Below are positions 30,120-38,338 of a DNA stretch of 58,350 nucleotides, piece by piece; the first letter of the stretch is position 1, and each line of letters starts with the position of its first letter. The stretch is taken from positions 1-58,350 of the forward strand of contig CAYNOL010000003.1 in assembly GCA_964398825.1 (NCBI GenBank), in the 5' to 3' direction. The notes under the pieces are model-generated. The model was not told the origin of the DNA. It worked only from the letters and a program-made list of their open reading frames with translations, and made no database searches. This stretch comes from an uncultured Ardenticatenaceae bacterium. Lineage in GTDB: Bacteria > Chloroflexota > Anaerolineae > Promineifilales > Promineifilaceae. Position numbers and translations under genes: made by a program.

Positions 30120-31154
30120 ATGAGTGATAGTCCAGTAATCGACCGGGCCGGCGCCGAGGCGCCCGGCGTAGTCGATTTGTCGAGCGGTGTGGCGAGCCCC
30201 CTTCCTGAAGGCACGGTGTTGCGCGATCGCTACCGGCTGACCAACATCGTCGGCCAGGGGGGCATGGGCAACGTCTACCGCGCCGAGGATTTGCGGCTGC
30301 CCGGCCGGCTGTGCGCCATCAAAGAGGTGACGCCCGATCCACACCTGTCGCAGGAGCTGCGCGACCAGGCCCACCAGCAGTTTCTGCAGGAAGCGAGCAT
30401 CCTGGCTCAGCTCGACCATCCCAACCTGCCCAAGGTGTCGGACTTTTTCTCCGACCACAACCGGGATTATCTGGTCATGGATTACGTGCCCGGCAAGGAC
30501 CTGAAGCAGTGGCTGGACGAGGCGCGGGCACAAAACTATAAGCTTGGGCAGGACACGGTGTTGGGTTGGGCGGCGCAGATCATCGACGCGCTGAGCTATC
30601 TGCACCGGCAGTCGCCGCCCGTCGTCCACCGCGACATCAAACCCAGCAACATCAAGCTGACGCCGGACAACCGCATCAAGCTGGTGGACTTCGGGCTGGT
30701 CAAGCTGCTGTCGCCCGACGAGACGCGTACGATCACCGTGGTGCAGGGGCGCGGGACGGCGCTCTACACGCCGCTGGAGCAGTACGGCGGCGACTCGGGC
30801 CACACCGACGTACGCACCGACATCTACGCGCTGGGGGCGACGTTCTACCATCTGCTGACCGACTATCCGCCGCCCGACGCCAAGTCGCGCTTTCTGAATC
30901 CGCGCAATCTGCGGCCGCCGGAGCAGTTTAACGACAAGGTGTCTCCCCATGTGTCCGAGGCGATCATGTGGGCGCTGGAAATGCACCCCGACGACCGGCC
31001 GCAGACGATCGAGCAGTTCGCCCAGGCGTTGTTCGGCCACAGCCGACGGCCGTCCGGCCCGGTCAGCTTCGGCGAGGCGCTGCGGGCCAACTGGGTGGTG
31101 GCGTTCGTGGCGCTGATGCTGCTGCTGATCGCCATCATGGCGACGCTGATCTGA
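30120..31154 (+). CDS. Hanks-type Ser/Thr protein kinase with a C-terminal membrane anchor
   Basis: GQGGMGNVY, AIKE, HRDIKPSN, DFG, YTPLEQ, DIYALG; terminal hydrophobic helix. Confidence 0.95.
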   Translation: MSDSPVIDRAGAEAPGVVDLSSGVASPLPEGTVLRDRYRLTNIVGQGGMGNVYRAEDLRLPGRLCAIKEVTPDPHLSQELRDQAHQQFLQEASILAQLDHPNLPKVSDFFSDHNRDYLVMDYVPGKDLKQWLDEARAQNYKLGQDTVLGWAAQIIDALSYLHRQSPPVVHRDIKPSNIKLTPDNRIKLVDFGLVKLLSPDETRTITVVQGRGTALYTPLEQYGGDSGHTDVRTDIYALGATFYHLLTDYPPPDAKSRFLNPRNLRPPEQFNDKVSPHVSEAIMWALEMHPDDRPQTIEQFAQALFGHSRRPSGPVSFGEALRANWVVAFVALMLLLIAIMATLI

Positions 31155-31159
31155 GCGAC

Positions 31160-31492
31160 ATGAAAACCAGGCCCGCCTGCCCCCGCTGCGCCAGGCGCGA
31201 CAAGCAGTCGCGCGACGGCCGCACGCCGGCCGGTTCCCAGCGCTACCGCTGCGCCCATTGCGGCTGTCGCTATACCCCCCACCCCAAAGACCACGGCTAC
31301 AAAGAGGAAATCCGCTTCCAGGCGCTGCAGCTGTATCTGGAAGGGCACTCGATGCGCGAGATCGGCCGCGAGTTGGGCGTCAATCACCAGAGCGTCGCCA
31401 ACTGGATCAAGGATTACGCCCGCTATCTGCCGCCCGATTTGCCCGAAGATATCGTTGAGCTGGCGCGGCTGGAAAAGTTGTTCGTTCTGTAG
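31160..31492 (+). CDS. IS1-family InsA-like zinc ribbon + HTH protein lacking the DDE domain
   Basis: CPRC...G.TPAGSQRYRCAHC...ALQLYLEGHSMREIGRELGVNHQSVANW; stops where the catalytic domain would begin. Confidence 0.75.
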   Translation: MKTRPACPRCARRDKQSRDGRTPAGSQRYRCAHCGCRYTPHPKDHGYKEEIRFQALQLYLEGHSMREIGRELGVNHQSVANWIKDYARYLPPDLPEDIVELARLEKLFVL

Positions 31493-31543
31493 ACCTCACC
31501 ACCACAACTTTAGACAATTTCACCACGATATTAGCCACAACTA

Positions 31544-31571
31544 TTGACGTTGCGAAGTTGGTGGGTATATT
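31544..31571 (+). promoter_or_regulatory. Promoter of the sugar ABC ATPase gene
   Basis: TTGACG-16 nt-TATATT. Confidence 0.55.
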
Positions 31572-31645
31572 GGCGGCCATCACCAACACCCGGCGATAGA
31601 CGGTCCGCAATCAATCACATCATCAGGGAGAAACAGGAGACGACA

Positions 31646-32746
31646 ATGGCGAGTGTAAGCTATCGGCACGTATACAAGCGATTTGGCGACGTCAGCGTGA
31701 TCAAGGATTTCAGCCTGGAAATCGACGACAAGGAGTTCATGGTTTTCGTGGGCCCGTCGGGGAGCGGCAAGTCGACTGTTCTCCGGATGCTGGCCGGATT
31801 GGAAGAGGTGACTGACGGCGACATCCTCATCGCTGACCGCGTCGTCAACGACGTTCCGCCCAAGGATCGCGACATCGCTATGGTTTTCCAATCCTACGCG
31901 CTCTATCCCCACATGAACGTTTATGACAACATGGCCTTCGGCTTGAAGCTGCGCAAGATGCCGAAGGATGAGATCGACCGGCGCGTGAAGGAAGCGGCCG
32001 ATATCATGGGGCTGTCCAATCTGCTCGACCGCAAGCCCAAAGCGCTCTCCGGCGGCCAGCGGCAGCGCGTGGCCGTCTGCCGCGCCATCGTGCGCGAGCC
32101 GTCTGTCTTTCTGATGGACGAGCCGCTGTCCAACCTCGACGCCAAGTTGCGCGTCACCGCCCGCGCCGAGATCAGCAAGCTCCACCAGCGCCTGGGCACG
32201 ACGTTCATCTATGTGACCCACGACCAGGTGGAAGCGATGACCATGGGTGACCGGATCGCCGTGCTGGCCGACGGCATCCTGCAGCAGGTGGACACACCGC
32301 GCAACCTCTACAACGATCCGGTCAACGTCTTCGTCGCCGGCTTCATCGGAAGCCCGGCGATGAACTTCTTCAACGGCACGCTGGTTAGTGAGGAAGGGCG
32401 CCAGTTCGTCGACACCGGCGATTTCCGCGTTCGCGTGCCCGATGACCGCAGGGAGACGTTCGGGCCGTACGTGGGCAAGGAAGTGATCATGGGCATCCGG
32501 CCGGAACATGTTTACTCTCCCGAGTACGCGCCGGCCAACATCATCGGTGAGAACGTCAACGCACAGGTGGAAGTCATCGAGTTGCTGGGACACGAGTTGC
32601 ATCTCTACCTCACCTCGGGCAAGAACAACTTCGTCGGCATCGTTGACCCACGTTTTGGCGTCCACAGCGGCAACAACATCACCGTCGCCTTCGACATGAA
32701 CAACATGCACCTGTTCGACAAGGCTACGGAGCTGACGATTCGCTAA
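31646..32746 (+). CDS. Sugar ABC transporter ATP-binding protein (MalK/MsmX/UgpC type)
   Basis: GPSGSGKST, VFQSYALYPH, LSGGQRQ, DEPLSNLDAKLR, FIGSPAMN; RBS AGGAG. Confidence 0.95.
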   Translation: MASVSYRHVYKRFGDVSVIKDFSLEIDDKEFMVFVGPSGSGKSTVLRMLAGLEEVTDGDILIADRVVNDVPPKDRDIAMVFQSYALYPHMNVYDNMAFGLKLRKMPKDEIDRRVKEAADIMGLSNLLDRKPKALSGGQRQRVAVCRAIVREPSVFLMDEPLSNLDAKLRVTARAEISKLHQRLGTTFIYVTHDQVEAMTMGDRIAVLADGILQQVDTPRNLYNDPVNVFVAGFIGSPAMNFFNGTLVSEEGRQFVDTGDFRVRVPDDRRETFGPYVGKEVIMGIRPEHVYSPEYAPANIIGENVNAQVEVIELLGHELHLYLTSGKNNFVGIVDPRFGVHSGNNITVAFDMNNMHLFDKATELTIR

Positions 32747-32831
32747 TCACGGACGCAGTCAATCGACACGACTAGCGAGGGCCGCCGATCACGAAGCGGC
32801 TCTCGCTCTACCCCACTCCGCTTGTTCCCCA

Positions 32832-33254
32832 ATGCCTGAATCCCATTACAGCGTCGGCGAATCCTTCGCGCTCCATTTCGCCTGGCGCACGCCCGAGGGG
32901 GAGTACATCCGCGCCATCTTCCAGGCCGAAGTCGCCGATCTGGTGCCGGGGGCGGACAAGTACGTCGTCCACCTGCGCCAGTTGCTGGCCGGGCGCGAGG
33001 ACGACGCCGACGGCAACGTCAGGCCGCTTGAGGCGCTGGAAGGAGAGTACTGGGATCATGTGCGAGATTTGATCGGCCGCACGATCACGGTCGCCTACGA
33101 AGCCGACGACGGCCGCCCGCTCTACATGCGCCTGGCGACGCTGACGGGGGAGCATAACTTCTTTAGCCGCTATGAGGATGCGGCGGTCGTCGCCCGCGGA
33201 ATCGAGGCGCGGATGAAGAAGTTGAGGGAGCAACCGGGTTCGGCCGAAGAGTAA
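32832..33254 (+). CDS. Hypothetical protein
   Basis: 140 aa ORF with natural-looking composition that fills the intergenic gap. Confidence 0.7.
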   Translation: MPESHYSVGESFALHFAWRTPEGEYIRAIFQAEVADLVPGADKYVVHLRQLLAGREDDADGNVRPLEALEGEYWDHVRDLIGRTITVAYEADDGRPLYMRLATLTGEHNFFSRYEDAAVVARGIEARMKKLREQPGSAEE

Positions 33255-33267
33255 TGAATCCGGAGAA

Positions 33268-33288
33268 AGACCTGACAGGTGGGCGGCG
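33268..33288. repeat. AGACCTGACAGGT-type repeat half-site
   Basis: AGACCTGACAGGTGGGCGGCG abutting the stop codon of the convergent oxidoreductase gene. Confidence 0.75.
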
Positions 33289-34761
33289 TTAACTACCAAA
33301 CACCCGCCGCCAGAGGTCCGTCTCCAAGAGCCCTTCGGGATCGCAGCGTCGCTTGAGTGCGCGAAACTGGGCGATGCGCTCCGCGCCGAGGTACGCCTCG
33401 GCCGTCTCCGGCCGAAGCGTGCTGTCCTTGGCGAAGTAGAAGCGGCCGCCCGCCTGCAGCACGATCTCGTCCATCTCCCGCGTCAGCCAAACGATGCGCC
33501 GGCGATTCTCTTCCGTCACGCGGAAGTCCATGGCCAACGAGAAGCCATCGACGGCGTAACTCATCAGGAAGTCGTCGGGGCGGTGGCGCTTCAGCACAGT
33601 CAGGTAGTTGGGCAGCCCGCGCCGCTGGCAGAGCGTCAGGATGTCACTGAAGGCATCGTAGGCCGTTTCCTTGGGGATGAAGGGCTGGTACTGGATCAAC
33701 CCGCCCGGCTCGTAAGCCTTCTTCCAATCGGGAATATAGTCGAGCAGGAAGTGGAATTGGGCGTGGGGCTGGCGATACCGCTTCAGGCCGCCGAAGCTGC
33801 CGGCCAGATATTTCCCCCGATTGACCAGCCGCATGCCCGCGTTGCGCACCATCGGCCGCATGAACAGCCACAGAATGGAGCGCGGGAAGAAGCCGAACAG
33901 GTTGGGGCCGAGGTGCTGCTGGTCGAGGCGCAACGTCTGCGCCGGGTGGGGATCGGCCCCCTCGGGCAGGTATTGGGCGCGGTGGACATCGCCGCGGCCG
34001 ATGTGGTCACCGCCGGCCAGCGAGTCGATCCAGCCGACGATGTAGTCGGCCGTGGCGGCGTGCTCGTCGAAGTAGGCGAACATCTCGGCCAGGTCGGCGC
34101 GCGTGCCCGTCTCCACGTCGAGCAAGCCGGAGTAGACGCGTTTCATCTGCATCGTCAGGCTGGTGAAGATGCCCAGCATGCCGAAGCCGCCGATAGCGGC
34201 GTAGAAAACGTCGCGGTTCTCCTCGCGGCTGCAGGTGATCGTCTCGCCCGAGGGCAGCATCAGGTCAAACTCGATGATGTGGTCGCCGATCGGCCCCGCC
34301 TTGTAGGCGTTCTTGCCGTGGACGTTCATCGCCGCCGAGCCGCCCATCGTCGTCAGGCTGGTGCCGGTGGCGACGGGGGGCCACCAGCCGTCCTCGAGGG
34401 TGTATTGCCACAGCTCGGCCAGCGTGACGCCCGGCTCCAGGCGAATGCGCCCCGTCTCGGGGTTCCACTCCAAAATGCGCTTCATGCGACGCAGGTCGAC
34501 GACAACGTTCTCGTTGTTCATGGCCGCGTCGCCGTAGCTGTTGCCGCCGCCGCGCAGACCCACTGTGCGGCCGGCGCGCCGGGCCATGTTCAGTATCTCG
34601 TGTAGCTCTTCGGCCGTGCTGGGGCGATAGACGTAGCTGACCCCATTGGTGACGCCACCCCACGATGACACCTTCTCCAGGTATTCGGGCGAAAGGTGAG
34701 TCGGCTCGGGAGCGCTGCGGCGCGCGCCGCGAACGGTTGATAACGGTTTTATATCGGTCAT
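33289..34761 (-). CDS. FAD-linked oxidoreductase, DprE1-like
   Basis: RGGGNSYGDAA, TMGG...NVHGKN, GG.GMLG, WID, GFSLAMDF, GGRFYFAKD, DP. Confidence 0.85.
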   Translation of the reverse strand: MTDIKPLSTVRGARRSAPEPTHLSPEYLEKVSSWGGVTNGVSYVYRPSTAEELHEILNMARRAGRTVGLRGGGNSYGDAAMNNENVVVDLRRMKRILEWNPETGRIRLEPGVTLAELWQYTLEDGWWPPVATGTSLTTMGGSAAMNVHGKNAYKAGPIGDHIIEFDLMLPSGETITCSREENRDVFYAAIGGFGMLGIFTSLTMQMKRVYSGLLDVETGTRADLAEMFAYFDEHAATADYIVGWIDSLAGGDHIGRGDVHRAQYLPEGADPHPAQTLRLDQQHLGPNLFGFFPRSILWLFMRPMVRNAGMRLVNRGKYLAGSFGGLKRYRQPHAQFHFLLDYIPDWKKAYEPGGLIQYQPFIPKETAYDAFSDILTLCQRRGLPNYLTVLKRHRPDDFLMSYAVDGFSLAMDFRVTEENRRRIVWLTREMDEIVLQAGGRFYFAKDSTLRPETAEAYLGAERIAQFRALKRRCDPEGLLETDLWRRVFGS

Positions 34762-34774
34762 AGCGATCTCGATC

Positions 34775-35536
34775 TCAGAAGCTCAGGCGTCGGAAAATCA
34801 CCGACGGAATGGATTTGACCACCAGACTCACCAACCGCCAGCGGGGCGGAACGTAGGCGACCTGCTGCCGGCGCCGGACGGCAGCCAACGTCTGCGCGGC
34901 TGCTTCGTCGGGCGAGATGACCCAAAAGGTCTTGGGCGCGTTATTCAGCAGTTCGGTGTCGATGAAGCCGGGCTTGATCGTCGTGACGGTGACGCCATGG
35001 CGCGAGAGGCGATTGCGCAGCGCCTCAAGATAGGTATCCAGGCCCGCCTTGCTGGTGTTGTAGACGGGGCTACCCACGCGACCGCGATCCCCCGCAACGG
35101 AACTGATACCGACGATCTGGCCACCTCTTGCGCGCTCGAAGCGCAGCGCCGCCTGGTTGAGCCAGGCCACCGCGCCCAACAAGTTAGTACGCAGCATTGC
35201 CTCGTCCTTCTCGAAGTTGTACTCATGGGCGGCCACGGGAGGCTGGACGGCGGCGACGTAGAGGATCAAATCCAGGCCGCCCAGGTCGCGGGTGATCTGG
35301 TCAAACAGCATCGGAACCTGCTCGGTCTGGAGCACGTCGTGGACGTAGGGCAGCACGCGGTCGCGGCCGGCGCTGTCGCGCAGCGCGGCGAGCTCGGCCT
35401 CGCGACGGGCCACGGCCGCCACCAGATAGCGCTCGGCCGCCAGCCGGCGCACCAGCGCGGCCCCAAGGCCGGAAGAAGCCCCCACGACGATCGCGCGAGA
35501 TTGCGGTTCCAAAGGACGGTTAGCGGAAAGGGTCAT
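34775..35536 (-). CDS. Short-chain dehydrogenase, DprE2-like
   Basis: GASSGLG, SSVAGDRGR, YNTSK, KPGFIDT; adjacent to the DprE1-like gene. Confidence 0.8.
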   Translation of the reverse strand: MTLSANRPLEPQSRAIVVGASSGLGAALVRRLAAERYLVAAVARREAELAALRDSAGRDRVLPYVHDVLQTEQVPMLFDQITRDLGGLDLILYVAAVQPPVAAHEYNFEKDEAMLRTNLLGAVAWLNQAALRFERARGGQIVGISSVAGDRGRVGSPVYNTSKAGLDTYLEALRNRLSRHGVTVTTIKPGFIDTELLNNAPKTFWVISPDEAAAQTLAAVRRRQQVAYVPPRWRLVSLVVKSIPSVIFRRLSF

Positions 35537-35630
35537 AATCGGTTAAACGTGTGTATCTGGAGAAGGTAAGGCAGCCGGGACGTCGCCGGCCGTGTTGGAA
35601 GGCTTGCCACGGCTCCTGAGGTGGGAAAAG

Positions 35631-35694
35631 AATTGGCTACGGATTTAGACGGGTGTAACGGATTTGCTTTTATCCGTTTTGTCCGTGGCTACCT
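35631..35694. repeat. ACGGAT-type palindromic repeat, subtype B (short)
   Basis: AATTGGCTACGGATTTAGACGG...AACGGAT...ATCCGTT...TCCGTGGCT. Confidence 0.7.
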
Positions 35695-35761
35695 CTTTTT
35701 CGCGGCCTCAGGTGTAAATTCTATCAGATTAGGCGTTAGTGTAAAGCGACGCTTGATGCAC

Positions 35762-35795
35762 AGACCTGAGAGGTCTTCAGAGACCTCTCAGGTCT
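35762..35795. repeat. AGACCTG-type compact REP-like palindrome
   Basis: AGACCTGAGAGGTCT-tcag-AGACCTCTCAGGTCT. Confidence 0.85.
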
Positions 35796-35811
35796 TGAGG
35801 CCTATCGGCCA

Positions 35812-35839
35812 TTGACAAAGTAGTTCGGCGCCGTATAAT
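35812..35839 (+). promoter_or_regulatory. Consensus sigma70 promoter of the marR-ABC operon
   Basis: TTGACA-16 nt-TATAAT. Confidence 0.85.
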
Positions 35840-35878
35840 TCCACCCGGCACATTTCGTAGACGAAGGACAAATTGTGT

Positions 35879-36406
35879 ATGTCACCGAACGGCCGTTACT
35901 CCCGGCAATATTACGAGGATTGGAATGCCTTCCTTAAGTCGCTCCATCCCAATACCGACCCGCAAGCCGCCCAATTGATGGAAGATTTCCGGTTGGTAGC
36001 GCACCAATTCCACCACCTGAACGAGGCCAGTATGGAAGCCAGCGGCCTGTCGTATGCCCAGAACCGCATTTTGCTCCACCTTCTGTTCAACGAATGGCAG
36101 GGCAACGACAACGGCCTCAATCCATCGGAGATCAGCGCCCACCAGGGCACCAGCCGCAACACAATCAGCGCCCTCATCCGCAATCTGGAAGAGGAAGGGC
36201 TCATCGAGCGGCTGTTGAACCAGAGTGACCGGCGGCGCTTCAACATCGTGCTGACGGAAGCGGGGCGGCGCAAGGTGCACGAACATGCCAGCCAGCACGT
36301 CGAAGTCATCAACGATCTGTTCGCCGTGCTCAGTCAGGACGAAATGGAAAGCCTGAGCGAACTCTTGCGCGCCCTCTACCGACGCGCCAAGACCTTGAAG
36401 GAATAA
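35879..36406 (+). CDS. MarR family transcriptional regulator
   Basis: GLSYAQ.RIL, PSEIS...SRNTISALIRNLEEEGLIER, DRRR...LTEAG. Confidence 0.92.
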   Translation: MSPNGRYSRQYYEDWNAFLKSLHPNTDPQAAQLMEDFRLVAHQFHHLNEASMEASGLSYAQNRILLHLLFNEWQGNDNGLNPSEISAHQGTSRNTISALIRNLEEEGLIERLLNQSDRRRFNIVLTEAGRRKVHEHASQHVEVINDLFAVLSQDEMESLSELLRALYRRAKTLKE

Positions 36407-36428
36407 TCCCTAACTTCGGAGAAATCCC

Positions 36429-38300
36429 ATGCAAATGACACAGAAAGCCCCCGGCGGCCGCTCTAACATGGCCTCGCTCGGTCGCGCGCTGCGCTATCTG
36501 ACCAAGTACCCCAAGCTGACCGCCGGCGCGATGCTGGCGCTGGTCATCGCCACGGCCGCGCAGCTCGTCGTGCCCCAGTTGCTGCAGCAGATAATCGACA
36601 CCATCGTCTCCAGCGCCACCAGCCAGGGGTTGCTCAACCTGCCGGCCGAGATGCAGGCCGCGGCCGCCGAGCAGTTCGGGCTGGACCTGACCGCGCTCCA
36701 GACCGGACTAAACGCCGCGCCGCGAGCGATCATCTACGCCGGGCTGATCATCGTCGCCTTCGCCGTGGCCCGCGGTGTCTTCTCCTTCGGCCAGAATTTC
36801 CTCTCGCAAGCCCTGTCGGAGAGCATCGCCTTTGACCTGCGCAACGATATCTACACCAAGATTCAGCGCCTCAGCTTCAGCTATCACGATCGCAACCGGA
36901 CAGGGCAGCTGATGATTCGTGCCACCGACGATGTGGAGCGGCTGCGCGGCTTCATCGGCATGGGATTGCTCATGGCGCTGCAGGCGTTCATCTTGCTGGG
37001 CGGGACGCTGATCATCCTGGTGCTCACCAACGCTCGGCTGACGCTTGTCGTGCTGCCTATCTTGCCCATCGCCCTGGTTATGTTCCTGGCGTTCGGCTCC
37101 ATCGCCCAACCCCTTTTCGTCGAGGTGCAGAAGCGGCTCAGCCGGGTGAATACTACCTTGCAGGAGAACTTGGCCGGGCTAAAGGTCGTTAAGGCGTTTA
37201 CCACCGAGCAACGGGAGAACCAGCGTTTCGTCGAGGGCATCGATTCCCTCATGGCGCAGCGCATCAAGGTGAGCCGCATCTTCTCCTTCCTCTTCCCGTT
37301 CATCTTTCTGGTGGCCAATCTGGGACAGGCGGCCGTCCTCTACTTCGGCGGGCGGCAGATCCTTCAGGGCACGCTGACGGTGGGCGAGTGGCAGAAGTTC
37401 AGCCTCTACCTTGTCTATGTTTTCATGCCCATGGGCCAACTGGGGTTCATCATCTCGCTCATGGCCCAGGCCGCGGCCAGCGCCGACCGTATCTTCGAGA
37501 TCCTCGACGCCGAGAACGACGTGGAGAACAAGCCGGGGGCGATCGAACTGGGCGAGATCGAGGGGCACGTCGAATTCCGCGACGTCAGCTTCCGCTACTT
37601 CCAGGGCAGCGATCCCGTCCTCAGCGATATCAGCTTCGTCGCCCAACCGGGCGAGACGATCGCCCTGCTGGGGGCGACGGGCAGCGGCAAGAGCACGGTC
37701 ATCAACCTGATTCCGCGCTTCTATGACGTGACCGAGGGGCAGGTGCTCATCGACGGCCACGACGTGCGCGACGTGACGCTGGAGAGCTTGCGACAACGCA
37801 TCGGCATCGTCCTGCAGGAGACGGTGCTGTTCAGCGGCACGATCCGCGACAACATCGCCTACGGCCGCCCCGACGCCACCGACGAGGAGGTCATCGCCGC
37901 CGCCCAGGCCGCGGCCGCCCATGACTTCATCACGACCTTCCCACAGGGATATGATACCCCGGTGGGCGAACGAGGCACGACGTTGAGCGGCGGGCAGAAG
38001 CAACGTGTGGCCATCGCCCGCGCCTTGCTCATGGACCCCCACATCCTCATCCTCGACGACAGCACCAGCAGCGTCGATCTGAACACCGAGTACGAAATCC
38101 AGCAGGCGCTCGACCAATTGATGGAAGGGCGCACCAGCTTCGTCATCGCCCAGCGAATCAGCACCGTCGTCAATGCCGATCAGATTCTCGTGCTCGGCAA
38201 CGGCTCGATCGTCGCCAGAGGCACGCATGAAGAGCTTCTAGAAAACAACCCGGTCTACGCCGACATCTACCACTCGCAATTGTCCGGCGCCGCGGCCTGA
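36429..38300 (+). CDS. Heterodimeric ABC exporter, degenerate-site subunit
   Basis: TMD + NBD; GATGSGKS, LSGGQ, LDDSTS (Asp for catalytic Glu), IAQR (Gln for switch His). Confidence 0.93.
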   Translation: MQMTQKAPGGRSNMASLGRALRYLTKYPKLTAGAMLALVIATAAQLVVPQLLQQIIDTIVSSATSQGLLNLPAEMQAAAAEQFGLDLTALQTGLNAAPRAIIYAGLIIVAFAVARGVFSFGQNFLSQALSESIAFDLRNDIYTKIQRLSFSYHDRNRTGQLMIRATDDVERLRGFIGMGLLMALQAFILLGGTLIILVLTNARLTLVVLPILPIALVMFLAFGSIAQPLFVEVQKRLSRVNTTLQENLAGLKVVKAFTTEQRENQRFVEGIDSLMAQRIKVSRIFSFLFPFIFLVANLGQAAVLYFGGRQILQGTLTVGEWQKFSLYLVYVFMPMGQLGFIISLMAQAAASADRIFEILDAENDVENKPGAIELGEIEGHVEFRDVSFRYFQGSDPVLSDISFVAQPGETIALLGATGSGKSTVINLIPRFYDVTEGQVLIDGHDVRDVTLESLRQRIGIVLQETVLFSGTIRDNIAYGRPDATDEEVIAAAQAAAAHDFITTFPQGYDTPVGERGTTLSGGQKQRVAIARALLMDPHILILDDSTSSVDLNTEYEIQQALDQLMEGRTSFVIAQRISTVVNADQILVLGNGSIVARGTHEELLENNPVYADIYHSQLSGAAA

Positions 38301-38338
38301 GCCGGCTCGCCGCACTTTGAATCGCGGAGAATCGCATT

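Noticed and set aside
29391-31040. 549-aa version of the FHA-wHTH ORF
   Set aside because: The N-terminal 335 aa are antisense to the kinase gene; the recognisable protein begins at about 30035.
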